Shown here piece by piece: positions 18,546-28,400 of a stretch of DNA of 64,000 bases. The stretch lies in the IMG/VR virus record IMGVR_UViG_3300028581_000026, positions 22,554 to 86,553 of that record. One strand, 5' to 3'. Position 1 is the stretch's first letter. Every line of letters starts with the position of its first letter. This DNA comes from a virus. The notes under the pieces are model-generated. The model saw only the letters and a program-made list of their open reading frames with translations. It searched no databases and was not told the origin of the DNA. Made by a program: the position numbers and the translations under genes.

Positions 18546-19919
18546 TTATTGAGTTTTTCTATTATATGAAAATAAATTTTTTATTCGGTCAAATTCTTCA
18601 TTTAAGATATTGATTCTTTTCTCATCAATAGTTTCCATTTTTAAATTCAACTTTCCAACTTCCTCAAATTTTTCATCAAATACTGGTTGTGATACGCGTT
18701 TGTAAGATTGGTCTTTTAGTTTCTTTAGAGTATTCTTTTTTCTCATCTTATTGAATCTTTCATTGGCATCAGATTCTAAGGCGTTTCCACCAGGTGCATT
18801 TCCAGTTGTTGAGTCTCCTTTAAAGTATTTATCCATACGTTTTTCATTAAACTCAATTCCGTCAGAAACTGGGAAATTTTGTCCTCCAATTTCATAATTA
18901 AAGTCTTCCAACTCATCTGTCATCTCATAAGCTTTTTTACTCATTTCTCCCAATTCGCCATTCCCAACTGGAAACTTTTTAGGGTTCATTTCATATTTTC
19001 CTTTTGATCCGTCTTTAAGATAATCTTTCATCTTTTTACCCAAAGATGTCATATAGTCTTTGTTTTCTTTTCCAGATTCTCTATGAGCTTTTTCATATGT
19101 TACCATACCTCTAGGTTTTTCCAATGATTTCATTTTTGTCTTTTGTTCATTAACAATATTTTCAATTAAATCAACCATATCATCCTCACTTAATCTGATG
19201 ATATCTCCACGACTATCTTTAATACGATATTCAATAGATTCTTTTAGTTTAACACCACGTCCTTTTAAAATGTCCTTTCTTGTTACTTTACCATCACCAG
19301 TTAAATCGGGGAATTTCTTACCTTCTTTGGTCTCTTCACGATGTTTGCCTTTACGAAGAAGTTTGAAATCCTCTGAGTCAAGTTTTCCATTTTTGTTCTT
19401 GTCCAAATTTCTTTGATTACCTTTAAGTTGTCTACTTTCAACATAATCAAATTTGTTTTTACGATTTAAGTCATGTGATCTCTCGTTTAATTTACTATAA
19501 CCACACTCATTACATTCACCTTCATTCATTTTACCAACACCACATTGTTCGCATAATCTTCCTTCAGTAACTAAATCATCGTTACCACCTTCAGGGTCTA
19601 AGAAATACTCGCCATTGTCGTCATCATCTTCAATTTTGCCCAATAAATCTTTTAACATATTTTCAAATTCACGTTTTCGTGTTATACCTCCAATGTCGCC
19701 ATCTTTAAGGTCATCAAATTTTTTACCTGATTTAAATTTACGCAATCTAGTTCCTTTTGGTAAAAAAGGAGTGTTGTCCCCCATGCCTTTCTCGTCTCCA
19801 AAAGCTTCTTCAATTTCCATTTCTTTTATTTTACCATACAACATATCAGCCTTGTCTTTCAAGGTTTCATTAAGGTTATGTCTAATAGCTTTTTTTAAGT
19901 ATTTGTCTGAGTATTTCAT
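18546..19919 (-). CDS. Charged putative head-internal protein with zinc ribbon and EF-hand/dockerin-like loops
   Basis: CEQCG...CNECG; DKNKNGKLDSED and DLTGDGKVTRKD loops; internal IIRLSEDDMVDLIENIVNE motif. Confidence 0.6.
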   Translation of the reverse strand: MKYSDKYLKKAIRHNLNETLKDKADMLYGKIKEMEIEEAFGDEKGMGDNTPFLPKGTRLRKFKSGKKFDDLKDGDIGGITRKREFENMLKDLLGKIEDDDDNGEYFLDPEGGNDDLVTEGRLCEQCGVGKMNEGECNECGYSKLNERSHDLNRKNKFDYVESRQLKGNQRNLDKNKNGKLDSEDFKLLRKGKHREETKEGKKFPDLTGDGKVTRKDILKGRGVKLKESIEYRIKDSRGDIIRLSEDDMVDLIENIVNEQKTKMKSLEKPRGMVTYEKAHRESGKENKDYMTSLGKKMKDYLKDGSKGKYEMNPKKFPVGNGELGEMSKKAYEMTDELEDFNYEIGGQNFPVSDGIEFNEKRMDKYFKGDSTTGNAPGGNALESDANERFNKMRKKNTLKKLKDQSYKRVSQPVFDEKFEEVGKLNLKMETIDEKRINILNEEFDRIKNLFSYNRKTQ

Positions 19920-19943
19920 TGTTTGTTTTTATTATAAATATGT

Positions 19944-20660
19944 TCATTTTATGTTTGAGTAATGATTGATTATCATTTTCTTAATCATTTGTTCACTAAG
20001 ATTATATTTTTTACTTAATTCAGAAATCGTTCTTTTTATCATTTCTTCATTAGTAAACTTTAATGCTTTGATATCCCCTTGGTTACAATATGGAAATTTT
20101 TTACATTTCTTTTTTACGGTTACGAATTTACCACCAGGTATTTGAGTTTTACTCTTGCCTCTCCAATCTTTTTTACTTGTTGACTTAGCCCAAGCCGCTG
20201 GAGTCACATAAGAACCTGAAGACGCAACTCCAGTTGCTTCCTTGAATTCACCTTTATCTGATTTTCCTTGACAATGTGCTTTTTGACTGAAACCTTTTGG
20301 ATTGTCACAGTCAATAGAATCTTTATATTTTTGACTCCATTTTTCTGTCATATCTTTTTTATTAGTTGTAAATAGCGGGACGGAATATCCACCGGCACTA
20401 CCTGACCCAGTAACTTCTTTAGTCTCTGATTTTCCCATTGAATATAATTTACCAATAGGTTTGTCCATTTTTGGTGTTTTTTGGGACAGATTATTAACTA
20501 TATCCCCTTTTTTAATCTTTTTCTTGATTATTGTGTTTTCTGTTTGTTCTAGTTTACTCATAATATCACTAGTTGATTTAAATAATTCTCCTTGGTCTTC
20601 CCCTCCACTTGATGTGGCAAGATTTCCAATTTTATTCGCCAAGTTTTTAGTTAAACTCAT
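19944..20660 (-). CDS. Hypothetical basic protein, putative virion-internal
   Basis: Repeated KE(V/A)TG...SxG.Y units; KWSQKYKDSIDCDNPKGFSQKAHC module. Confidence 0.6.
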   Translation of the reverse strand: MSLTKNLANKIGNLATSSGGEDQGELFKSTSDIMSKLEQTENTIIKKKIKKGDIVNNLSQKTPKMDKPIGKLYSMGKSETKEVTGSGSAGGYSVPLFTTNKKDMTEKWSQKYKDSIDCDNPKGFSQKAHCQGKSDKGEFKEATGVASSGSYVTPAAWAKSTSKKDWRGKSKTQIPGGKFVTVKKKCKKFPYCNQGDIKALKFTNEEMIKRTISELSKKYNLSEQMIKKMIINHYSNIK

Positions 20661-20662
20661 AT

Positions 20663-21331
20663 TTATGGCATTTTAGTTAATTTTCTATTACCTAATACTT
20701 TGGACCATTTTGATTTGAACTTTTCATAATAAGTTTTTAGTTTTTGTATCATTTCCATAAAATCATCATCGGTATTAATCATTTCCCCTCTGATATATAT
20801 TCCATTTTCTTCACCTAATGAAAATATAAAATCAATTTCAAACTCAATTAATTTACCAGACCATTCAACTAAATTTGGATAAACATTTAATTGATTAAAC
20901 TCAGCTAAATCAGATACTTCAGTTACAAATTCATTCATTGTTTCTTGAAAAGCCACTTTTTCATCTGTAGTTATTTCAAGTTCTGATTGTTTTTTCCCAT
21001 GAAAGACTAAAATACCCCCAGATATTCTATATGCCTGTCTTTTATCTCTTGGTGATGATTTAGTTTCTTCATCATAAGACATATCCCTATCAGGTTGTCT
21101 CCTATCTCCCCCTCTATCAGATTGTCTTTGTCTACCAAAATCCATATCATCTTCAATTGCTGAAGCTACATTAATTTTTTTGGTTATATCACCAGAAGTT
21201 GGGACAACACCTTGTTCTAATATTAGGCTATATTTTTGTCTGATTTCATTCATTTCATAAATTGTATTACTACTAGACAACATATTTTGTGATGCTTTTA
21301 GTAATCTCTTTATTTCATCATGTTTGTTCAT
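20663..21331 (-). CDS. Hypothetical protein
   Basis: 222-aa ORF. Confidence 0.7.
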   Translation of the reverse strand: MNKHDEIKRLLKASQNMLSSSNTIYEMNEIRQKYSLILEQGVVPTSGDITKKINVASAIEDDMDFGRQRQSDRGGDRRQPDRDMSYDEETKSSPRDKRQAYRISGGILVFHGKKQSELEITTDEKVAFQETMNEFVTEVSDLAEFNQLNVYPNLVEWSGKLIEFEIDFIFSLGEENGIYIRGEMINTDDDFMEMIQKLKTYYEKFKSKWSKVLGNRKLTKMP

Positions 21332-21918
21332 ATATCTATTATGTTTCTTAATTTATCAAAATCAAAAGAAGGGTTTACATCAGTATAATTCACATCAAAA
21401 TTACTCCTAGATACAATTCCCTTAAATATTTCAATTCCGTTTATTTTTGTATTGTGTCCTGTTATTTCTTTGGTTATTTTCATCTCATCCATTATTGTTT
21501 TGAGTAGATAACCCAAACTTTCAATTTGATTTGATGTATATTTATCCCAAAAAAAATAATCCCTCCACTTTCTCTCATAAGGAATACCCTTATAAATATC
21601 ACCAATCCAATTAACATAATAATTTTCCAATGGTTGTTTTTCTAACCACCCCAAATTTTCTAAACTTATTATGATTCCGTTTCTGTTTATATTGGGTTCA
21701 TTGAAATAATTGGTGTGTTCAATATTGTCCAGTAATTGCAATATATCCCCATTTTTCTTTATTACATAATTTGGAATTCTATCAAATTTTCCATTACATC
21801 TATATAACAAAGAAGCCAAATAATTCTCAACATTCCTTCCGGTGTGTGTGAGAATTATTTGGTTTTTCTTCTTTTGTTTACCTAATGGTTTAAAGTTTCC
21901 GTATTTAATTACCTCCAC
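21328..21918 (-). CDS. N-acetylmuramoyl-L-alanine amidase (Amidase_2)-like, putative endolysin
   Basis: IILTHTG, NYVIKKNGDILQL, IIISLEN, YTSNQIESL, ITGHN, DVNPSFDF. Confidence 0.8.
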   Translation of the reverse strand: MEVIKYGNFKPLGKQKKKNQIILTHTGRNVENYLASLLYRCNGKFDRIPNYVIKKNGDILQLLDNIEHTNYFNEPNINRNGIIISLENLGWLEKQPLENYYVNWIGDIYKGIPYERKWRDYFFWDKYTSNQIESLGYLLKTIMDEMKITKEITGHNTKINGIEIFKGIVSRSNFDVNYTDVNPSFDFDKLRNIIDI

Positions 21919-21919
21919 T

Positions 21920-22669
21920 TTATTGTATTTTAGTATATGTTAATTTTCTTGGTTTTGGTTTCTCAATATATTGTGGTTTTGGTATGAATTGTATTGTTGG
22001 TAGTGTTGTTGTCTCAGTTATACTTTCAACTTCTTCAGCAATTATTTCCTCAACTTCTTGAGTCTCTTCAACTTTTGGTTCTTCTTGAATTGGTTCTTTT
22101 TTCTTTCTTCCCCTCTTTGTCTTTGGTTTTTCTTCTTGTTCCAATGTTGATTTCAAATCAAACAAAGATACTATTTCCAAATCCCTATCGTTCTCAATTA
22201 TTGGTTTGGGTTTTTCATATCTCACAAAGAAATGTAATGATGTTAATGATATGATTGGGAGTAATCCCCCACCTAGTATTGCCAACCATCTTTTATGTGA
22301 AATCACATCCGTTGGTTCTGTCCCAAATATCTCAAATATTGGGGACATAAGTTCAACCCAGGCTTTGAATAACTCACCATTTGCATCAATCTCCTTATAT
22401 GAATAGAATATATTTCCAATCATTTGAACGAATGTGACCAATCCGAACATAAACCATACCCCACCTTTAATCTTCTGTGTAGCGGCAATTAGAGCGGTAA
22501 TCGCACCTATTTCTATTGCCACCGATAGATAGATTGCCCAACTGAATGGATTGGTAATATCATACCAAGCAACAACGTGAGATATGGATATACCCGCCAC
22601 CAAAAAGATGGGGACTAAGAACATTGATCGGATGGGATTATCTTTAATCCATTTTAATAAGTTATTCAT
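21920..22669 (-). CDS. Four-TM membrane protein, holin candidate
   Basis: Four hydrophobic helices plus a charged tail; adjacent to the amidase. Confidence 0.55.
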   Translation of the reverse strand: MNNLLKWIKDNPIRSMFLVPIFLVAGISISHVVAWYDITNPFSWAIYLSVAIEIGAITALIAATQKIKGGVWFMFGLVTFVQMIGNIFYSYKEIDANGELFKAWVELMSPIFEIFGTEPTDVISHKRWLAILGGGLLPIISLTSLHFFVRYEKPKPIIENDRDLEIVSLFDLKSTLEQEEKPKTKRGRKKKEPIQEEPKVEETQEVEEIIAEEVESITETTTLPTIQFIPKPQYIEKPKPRKLTYTKIQ

Positions 22670-22959
22670 TTATCTAAGGTCTTGAGTTCTTTATCTATTT
22701 CAGCTTGTCTATTCAAATCCATTATTTTTCTGTCAGTTGATTGTATCATTCTTTTCTCAACTTTCAATCCTTCAACTTTGATTTCTTTTTGTAGAGTTTT
22801 GGTCAAGATATCCAAACTTTTTTGGACTCCCTCAACTTGTTTTAACATTTTCTTTTCACTCATTTTTCTACTCATAGAAGTAGTACAAGTGGACACCATT
22901 AATAGAACGAATACTACGATTAGTCCGTGTTTCCCAATAAATTCAGTTATTGTTTTCAT
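22666..22959 (-). CDS. Membrane-anchored coiled-coil protein, spanin-like candidate
   Basis: N-terminal TM/lipobox-like LLMVSTC followed by a coiled coil. Confidence 0.45.
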   Translation of the reverse strand: MKTITEFIGKHGLIVVFVLLMVSTCTTSMSRKMSEKKMLKQVEGVQKSLDILTKTLQKEIKVEGLKVEKRMIQSTDRKIMDLNRQAEIDKELKTLDK

Positions 22960-22993
22960 ACTTTATTTTTTTATAAATATTAGTTAATTGTTA

Positions 22994-23794
22994 TTACATC
23001 CACTCAAATAAATCATTGGATAAGTTTCTCAACTTTCTCAAACTTTTTTCCTTTATCTGGCGCACCCTCTCTTTCGTCAAATTAAAGTCACCACCGATGT
23101 CTTCCAATGTTCTTGGTGCTCCTGTCAACCCAAAATAATCTTCCACTATAACTCGTTCTCGTTCATCCAAACAGGTCAATAGTCCCAGCAATTTGGTTCT
23201 AAGAATGTCTTTGGTGTTAAATGACTCATCCGGCATATCCGCCTCATCATTTTTGATAACATCAAATAAACTATCACCCTCTTCATTGATATCCATATCA
23301 AGGTTAATCATTGATGGTAATGACGCAAACTTACCTTCCAATTCACCACCCTTGTCTTCAATCTCCTTCTTGGCTCTATGTAAGTCTTGGACAACATTAA
23401 CTGGGAGACGAATGGTTCTTGCATTGTCATTCAAACTTTGAATAATTGATTGTTTAACCCACCACACAGCATAGGATATAAACCTCAAATCTTTATTCCA
23501 GTCAAAGTTCTTGATTGCTTTCATTAAACCATAATTACCTTCAGCAATTAGTTCATCCAAATCAAGTCCTTGATTTTGATATTGTTTGGCAACCGTAATT
23601 ACAAATCGTAAATTACCTTCCAATAGTTCTTTGTTAACATCCTCAATCTGTCTTGGTGTCAATTCACCAGACTTCATTAGGACGGATAGTTCTTTCTCCC
23701 TCTCAGGAGTCATAACTTTCTTCTTACGAATGTCCTTGAGGTAGGATTGGATCTCTTCTTGATTAATTGGAATACCTGAATTTTTCTCTTTCAT
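22994..23794 (-). CDS. RNA polymerase sigma70 factor (RpoD/RpoS-like, no region 1.1)
   Basis: YLKDI, NLRFVITVAKQY, FISYAVWWVKQSI, RTIRLPVN, TLEDIG...LTKERVRQI. Confidence 0.95.
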   Translation of the reverse strand: MKEKNSGIPINQEEIQSYLKDIRKKKVMTPEREKELSVLMKSGELTPRQIEDVNKELLEGNLRFVITVAKQYQNQGLDLDELIAEGNYGLMKAIKNFDWNKDLRFISYAVWWVKQSIIQSLNDNARTIRLPVNVVQDLHRAKKEIEDKGGELEGKFASLPSMINLDMDINEEGDSLFDVIKNDEADMPDESFNTKDILRTKLLGLLTCLDERERVIVEDYFGLTGAPRTLEDIGGDFNLTKERVRQIKEKSLRKLRNLSNDLFEWM

Positions 23795-24357
23795 TTTGAA
23801 TATTTTTTTAACAATTCTTTTTCTTCGTCAGTCAATGACTTCATACCACTAACATTAATCTTGTCCAAAAGTTCATCCAAGGTGGGAATATGTTTAACAA
23901 CTTCCTTTTTGTCATCACCGAATAAACGATTAAATCTATCACTAAAGTGTCTGCTACTAGGAGGTGGTCCCCATTCTCCTTTTGGTTTTTTTGGTACATC
24001 ATTGAATCCAAGGAATAAATCATCCCTAAGTTCATCTTGTTCATCTTCTGAATAATCATCATTTGTTGCACACAAATCCGTACCAAATAGATGTTGTTCA
24101 TTCTCTTTATTAAACCAATATGACATTTTGTCAGTTTGTGCTAATACAAAGGGGATTGATAAGTCACCCAAGATTGCATTAAAGAAATCTGTGGCCTGTT
24201 TGAAAGATGACCTGGTTTCAAATGTCATTAGGATGGTTTGTTCCCCATAAAAATATTTAACTTCTTTTGAGGTGAGGGTTTGGACTTCTTTTGCCAAAGA
24301 GATGACAAAATCTTCCTGTTTTTTGTGTGACACAAAAACTGTTAATAGATACTTCAT
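23791..24357 (-). CDS. Hypothetical protein with C-terminal DUF6576-like motif
   Basis: LDELLDKINVSGMKSLTDEEKELL. Confidence 0.65.
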   Translation of the reverse strand: MKYLLTVFVSHKKQEDFVISLAKEVQTLTSKEVKYFYGEQTILMTFETRSSFKQATDFFNAILGDLSIPFVLAQTDKMSYWFNKENEQHLFGTDLCATNDDYSEDEQDELRDDLFLGFNDVPKKPKGEWGPPPSSRHFSDRFNRLFGDDKKEVVKHIPTLDELLDKINVSGMKSLTDEEKELLKKYSK

Positions 24358-24399
24358 ATTGATGTGTTTTAAATTGTGGAATATAAAGGTAAGAAACTT

Positions 24400-26619
24400 T
24401 TATTGACTTACACTACTGATATTATTTTCCTTTGTAATTTTAACAATGTTATCCGCCCAATTACTAACAAGTGGGTTATGAGTTATAACAAACAACTTCT
24501 CAAAATAGTTCTTTATTTTACCAAAAAATTCACCAACCATATCAAGATTTTCATTTGATATTTTTCCAAACACTTCATCCATTACCACAATATTCGGTTT
24601 TGGTAAAGAACTTATTTTAGTTAGTACCGCTCTCAACGCCAATGATGCCACAGTTCTTTCATAACCTGATCCTGATGACATAAGTTTCTCAATCTGGGTA
24701 TTATTATCAATCATTATAAATTCAACCTCATTCTTGTCATTTATGTTAATCTCCAATCTAAAATGACAGCTATCTTCCAATAACCTTTGTAACTCAGAAT
24801 TCAACATCGGAATCATTGTTTTCATTATGGTTTTGGATATTCCATTCTTCCCAAAGATTTCCAAATATAACTTATAGATTTTCTCCTTGTTAGCTTCTTC
24901 TTTAATCTTAACAATTGTTTGTTCATTCTGCTCAATCTTATCTTTCAATGACTGAACCTGATAATTGTTTGAATCAATAATTCTTTGAACGGAAGTCTTC
25001 TCCCTATCTAATTCCTCAATTCTTAGGTTAGCTTTGATAAGTTGGGTTTCAATCTTGCTGTTGGTGGATATGTTATCCTGTAACAAATTGAATTTTTCCA
25101 ACTTATCTTCCAATCCTTTAATTTTCATCACATACCCTTCAATTGTCAATTCATATTTTTCTTTGATAAGTTTGTTTTTCTCATACTCATCAAATTCTTT
25201 TTTGAGTTGGACATACTTGGCTTCTTTGTCAATTATAATATTCATTTCCCCCTCAAATTGGTTCTTTTGTATGTTATAATTGTCAAGTTCAGATATTTTT
25301 GATTGGGTTATGGATGCCATCATCAATTCAATCCCACAATGTTCGCACTTAATCCCACCATCAACGGAGGATTTAAGTTCATTGATTGATTTGATTTTCT
25401 GTTCAATCTGAACAATTTCTTTGTATAGAACTTTATGGGTTTCCTTTAACTTATCGTGTTCTTGTTCTGAATAAAACTCTGTTGGCTCAATAACCTTGAG
25501 TTCTTTTAATTGTCTATCAACACCTTGTTTTAGGGTTTTAATTCCCATAATTTCGCTTTGAACATTTTCCGGTACAATCTTGGCGATTTCAATATCAATA
25601 TCCATATGTTTGGATTTCAATAGATTATCCCTATATTCTTGTCCCTTGATTATTCTGTTCTGAACATCAATCAAATTGTTTTGTTGGGTGATATTGTCTG
25701 ATGTTAATTCATTTATCCTGGTGGAATATCCATCATTATCTGACTTCAGTTTCTCACTGGAATAAACATTTGATAACATTGATTTTGAAAACTCCGAATA
25801 GATTTCCTTTCCAATTTCTTCTTTCTTTTTAAGGAAGTCCAATCCCATAAACTTGGATAATACTTGTCCTCTTGCTGTGGGTTTGGAATCAATTAACTCT
25901 TCAAGGTTTGTTGCCGTGGTTAGAATTGTCATTAAGAAATCATCCTTTGTTCCAATGGATGTTTTAATAAAGTTTTCCGTTTCTCTTCTTTGTTCCCCAG
26001 TAAAGTTCTGTAATGAACCATCTGATAATTTCTTATAGAAGTCCAATTCAGTTTTTACATTCCAGGTGTCATCCTTTTTCTTTTTTCTTTCAATATTTCT
26101 GATGATGATATATTCATCCCCATCAATTATTATTTCACCTTTGACATGGACTTTATCGTAGTTTGAGAATCTATTGAATATTTCTTCAGCTTTGGTTGTC
26201 TTGGTTGTTTCATTGAAGAATAAGAATAACAATAGATCAACGGTTAGAACGGTGTTATGAGACACAATACCATTTGTATAATATTGATGAACTTCAGCAA
26301 CTTGGATATCATATAGGTCATCTTTAATGTCCAATAATTCAATGTTGGAGACATTACTACTACCACTAATAGTTTGTATGCTTTCACCAATTTTAATCTC
26401 TTTAAGAACAACGAATTGGTTATCGGTATTTTTTAACTTATGATAATCGGCACCTTCAACAGACATCCCATTATCAAGTTCGCATCTATAAACTTCAGCA
26501 TTTTTTTCAGTTATACCACACCATTCAATGTTTTTATACCCATATGGTGTGTTTACTTTAAACCCTAAATCACCATATTTTTGGTATAAATTATATAAAT
26601 CCCCTATTTTAATTTTCAT
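24400..26619 (-). CDS. sbcC: Split-intein C-fragment fused to the C-extein of SbcC/Rad50 (gp46-like) ATPase
   Basis: IntC ends VSHN followed by T; then coiled coil, zinc hook CEHCG, signature SSGSGYER, Walker B VVMDEVFG, H-loop ITHN. Confidence 0.92.
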   Translation of the reverse strand: MKIKIGDLYNLYQKYGDLGFKVNTPYGYKNIEWCGITEKNAEVYRCELDNGMSVEGADYHKLKNTDNQFVVLKEIKIGESIQTISGSSNVSNIELLDIKDDLYDIQVAEVHQYYTNGIVSHNTVLTVDLLLFLFFNETTKTTKAEEIFNRFSNYDKVHVKGEIIIDGDEYIIIRNIERKKKKDDTWNVKTELDFYKKLSDGSLQNFTGEQRRETENFIKTSIGTKDDFLMTILTTATNLEELIDSKPTARGQVLSKFMGLDFLKKKEEIGKEIYSEFSKSMLSNVYSSEKLKSDNDGYSTRINELTSDNITQQNNLIDVQNRIIKGQEYRDNLLKSKHMDIDIEIAKIVPENVQSEIMGIKTLKQGVDRQLKELKVIEPTEFYSEQEHDKLKETHKVLYKEIVQIEQKIKSINELKSSVDGGIKCEHCGIELMMASITQSKISELDNYNIQKNQFEGEMNIIIDKEAKYVQLKKEFDEYEKNKLIKEKYELTIEGYVMKIKGLEDKLEKFNLLQDNISTNSKIETQLIKANLRIEELDREKTSVQRIIDSNNYQVQSLKDKIEQNEQTIVKIKEEANKEKIYKLYLEIFGKNGISKTIMKTMIPMLNSELQRLLEDSCHFRLEININDKNEVEFIMIDNNTQIEKLMSSGSGYERTVASLALRAVLTKISSLPKPNIVVMDEVFGKISNENLDMVGEFFGKIKNYFEKLFVITHNPLVSNWADNIVKITKENNISSVSQ
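26254..26619 (-). mobile_element. Split intein C-fragment (IntC, 122 aa)
   Basis: Block B-like GADYH, block F LYDIQV, block G YYTNGIVSHN, +1 Thr. Confidence 0.9.
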
Positions 26620-27619
26620 TTTTTAAAAATTTTACACACTTTTTAATAACCTCATCTTTTTCTTTTCTATACTCAGAATCCCATATCACTAACACATCAA
26701 AATTATGTCTATTGGCTAATTTAATCTTAACCTCATCTTTTTTCCAAATATCTTCAGATGTTATACTTTTACGGAAAGGATTTGGGGTATCTGTAGTTAT
26801 AAAAATATTAGGATTTGCATGATAACTATCTCCATTGTATTCAATAATTTTTTTATTAAAAGTATCGGTAAAGTCATATCTATAAAACCCTTCATCACCA
26901 GTTAATACAAATTCACCACCTTTTTTAGCAAACATAACATAATTCAATTCTTCAATATTTTCGTAATATTTTAATAATTCAAAAAACAAATCTTGTGACA
27001 CTTTTGAATATCCTGATTTTAAATTACCGTTTTTATATAGTGATTGTTGCCATTTTTTTTGTCTTTCAAAAAATATCTTTTTACCCTCATCTTCCCCATA
27101 TTTCTCAATACATTTAACTAAACTAAATTTATTTTGGAATTCTGAAACTTTATTTTTTGACTCTTCAACTGAAAATCCTTTTTTTATCCAATATTCAACA
27201 CTTCTTGGTGAGTGTAATTTACCTTCTTTAAGTTTTTTTTCTTGAAAAAGTTTAACTCCATCTTTTTCACCATATTTTATTATGAATGACCTTTCAGTGT
27301 TCATCAAGTGTAATTCTGTTTGAAGTTTAGCATCTTCTAATGAAAATCCTCTACTTATCCAATATTCAATTAAATTTGGTTTCATTTCTTTAACTTTCTT
27401 TTTCGATTCTTCTTCAGTTAAACCCCTTTGAATCCAATATTTAACACTAAATGCAGAACCTTTAGCAATAGTAATTCCCGCATCTTTTAATCTTTTAACA
27501 ATTGTTGATGTATCAACATTGTATTTTTTGGATATAAAAGTTGTGGATTTCATTTCATTGATATATAAATTTATTATATCTTGAATTTGATTTTCCGTAA
27601 AATTACACATTTTTCCCAT
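26609..27619 (-). CDS. Free-standing Vsr/DUF559-like homing endonuclease between intein halves
   Basis: N-terminal HTH, three YWIxxGxx.E repeats, KYGE..G repeats, C-terminal YDF...IIEYNGDSYH...KD..K...VLVIWDSEY. Confidence 0.8.
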   Translation of the reverse strand: MGKMCNFTENQIQDIINLYINEMKSTTFISKKYNVDTSTIVKRLKDAGITIAKGSAFSVKYWIQRGLTEEESKKKVKEMKPNLIEYWISRGFSLEDAKLQTELHLMNTERSFIIKYGEKDGVKLFQEKKLKEGKLHSPRSVEYWIKKGFSVEESKNKVSEFQNKFSLVKCIEKYGEDEGKKIFFERQKKWQQSLYKNGNLKSGYSKVSQDLFFELLKYYENIEELNYVMFAKKGGEFVLTGDEGFYRYDFTDTFNKKIIEYNGDSYHANPNIFITTDTPNPFRKSITSEDIWKKDEVKIKLANRHNFDVLVIWDSEYRKEKDEVIKKCVKFLKNEN

Positions 27620-27660
27620 ACCTTTTTAGAAATAAATATACCCATATAACTAAAAAGGTA
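27619..27660 (-). promoter_or_regulatory. Start-occluding hairpin with putative late promoter in its loop
   Basis: Minus strand TACCTTTTTAG-ttatatgggtaTATTTATtt-CTAAAAAGGTA|TG; perfect 11-bp stem ending on the A of ATG. Confidence 0.7.
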
Positions 27661-27674
27661 AGGAGTGAATGTAA

Positions 27675-28280
27675 TTATTTTAATTCATTGGGTAAAAACC
27701 CTAACTTATTAATTATATAGTCAATATCAAATTCTATTTCAATCTCCGTATCACCCCTAACGCATTTCCCGCCAAAATTACTAGGCGTTGATTCCACCAC
27801 CGAGATACCATTACATTTGTCAAAATCTATTTTTTGATTTTGTCCATAAGATAAGAAATTGGAGAATTCAATATTTTTGATATACCATTTTTTGAATGGG
27901 GTTACATCTTCATCTGATAATAGTCTATTATCAACTATTCTGTCAAGATTGAATATTTCATCTGACAATTGATTTTGATTTTTGGTGTCAAGGTATGATT
28001 TAACCAATTCATATTGATAATTTTTATCAAGGATATTGAAGGAGACATCAACCGATTGATTTGTTGTTTCAACTGATTTTGTCTTGGTTATAACATTGAT
28101 ATTGGTTGAGTTATATTTTTTTTGGAAGTAATGTTTTACACTTTTTATTTTTTCTTGTGTGAAGTTTTCGGCATAATCTTCCCAAATAACCTGGATGTAT
28201 GGATTATCAAATTTGTTGAAATCTATATCTTTTATCATAAAATTGTAATTGTATTCTGGTGGTGGATTAAATAAATCCAT
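27675..28280 (-). CDS. sbcC: N-extein of SbcC/Rad50 fused to split-intein N-fragment
   Basis: WYIKNIEFSNFLSYG, Walker A STPSNFGGK, then CVRGDTEI... Confidence 0.9.
   Translation of the reverse strand: MDLFNPPPEYNYNFMIKDIDFNKFDNPYIQVIWEDYAENFTQEKIKSVKHYFQKKYNSTNINVITKTKSVETTNQSVDVSFNILDKNYQYELVKSYLDTKNQNQLSDEIFNLDRIVDNRLLSDEDVTPFKKWYIKNIEFSNFLSYGQNQKIDFDKCNGISVVESTPSNFGGKCVRGDTEIEIEFDIDYIINKLGFLPNELK
27678..27764 (-). mobile_element. Split intein N-fragment (IntN, 29 aa)
   Basis: CVRGDTEIEIEFDIDYIINKLGFLPNELK; block A C-x-x-G-D-T-x-I. Confidence 0.85.
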
Positions 28281-28329
28281 ATTTGTTATTGGATGTTTTG
28301 GATTTTATCAAACTTTCGTAAACATTTGT

Positions 28330-28400
28330 GTTATAAGTAATTGCTACCATTCCGTTTCAAATGGAGTTTCGTGATGAAAAACAAAAAGAATTTCCCAACC
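28330..28400 (+). mobile_element. Orphan copy of the cassette 5'-end sequence seen at 36121
   Basis: GTTAT..GTAA.TG...AAT..A.TT.CGTG.T.GAAAA...CCCA.C colinear with 36121-36190. Confidence 0.45.
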
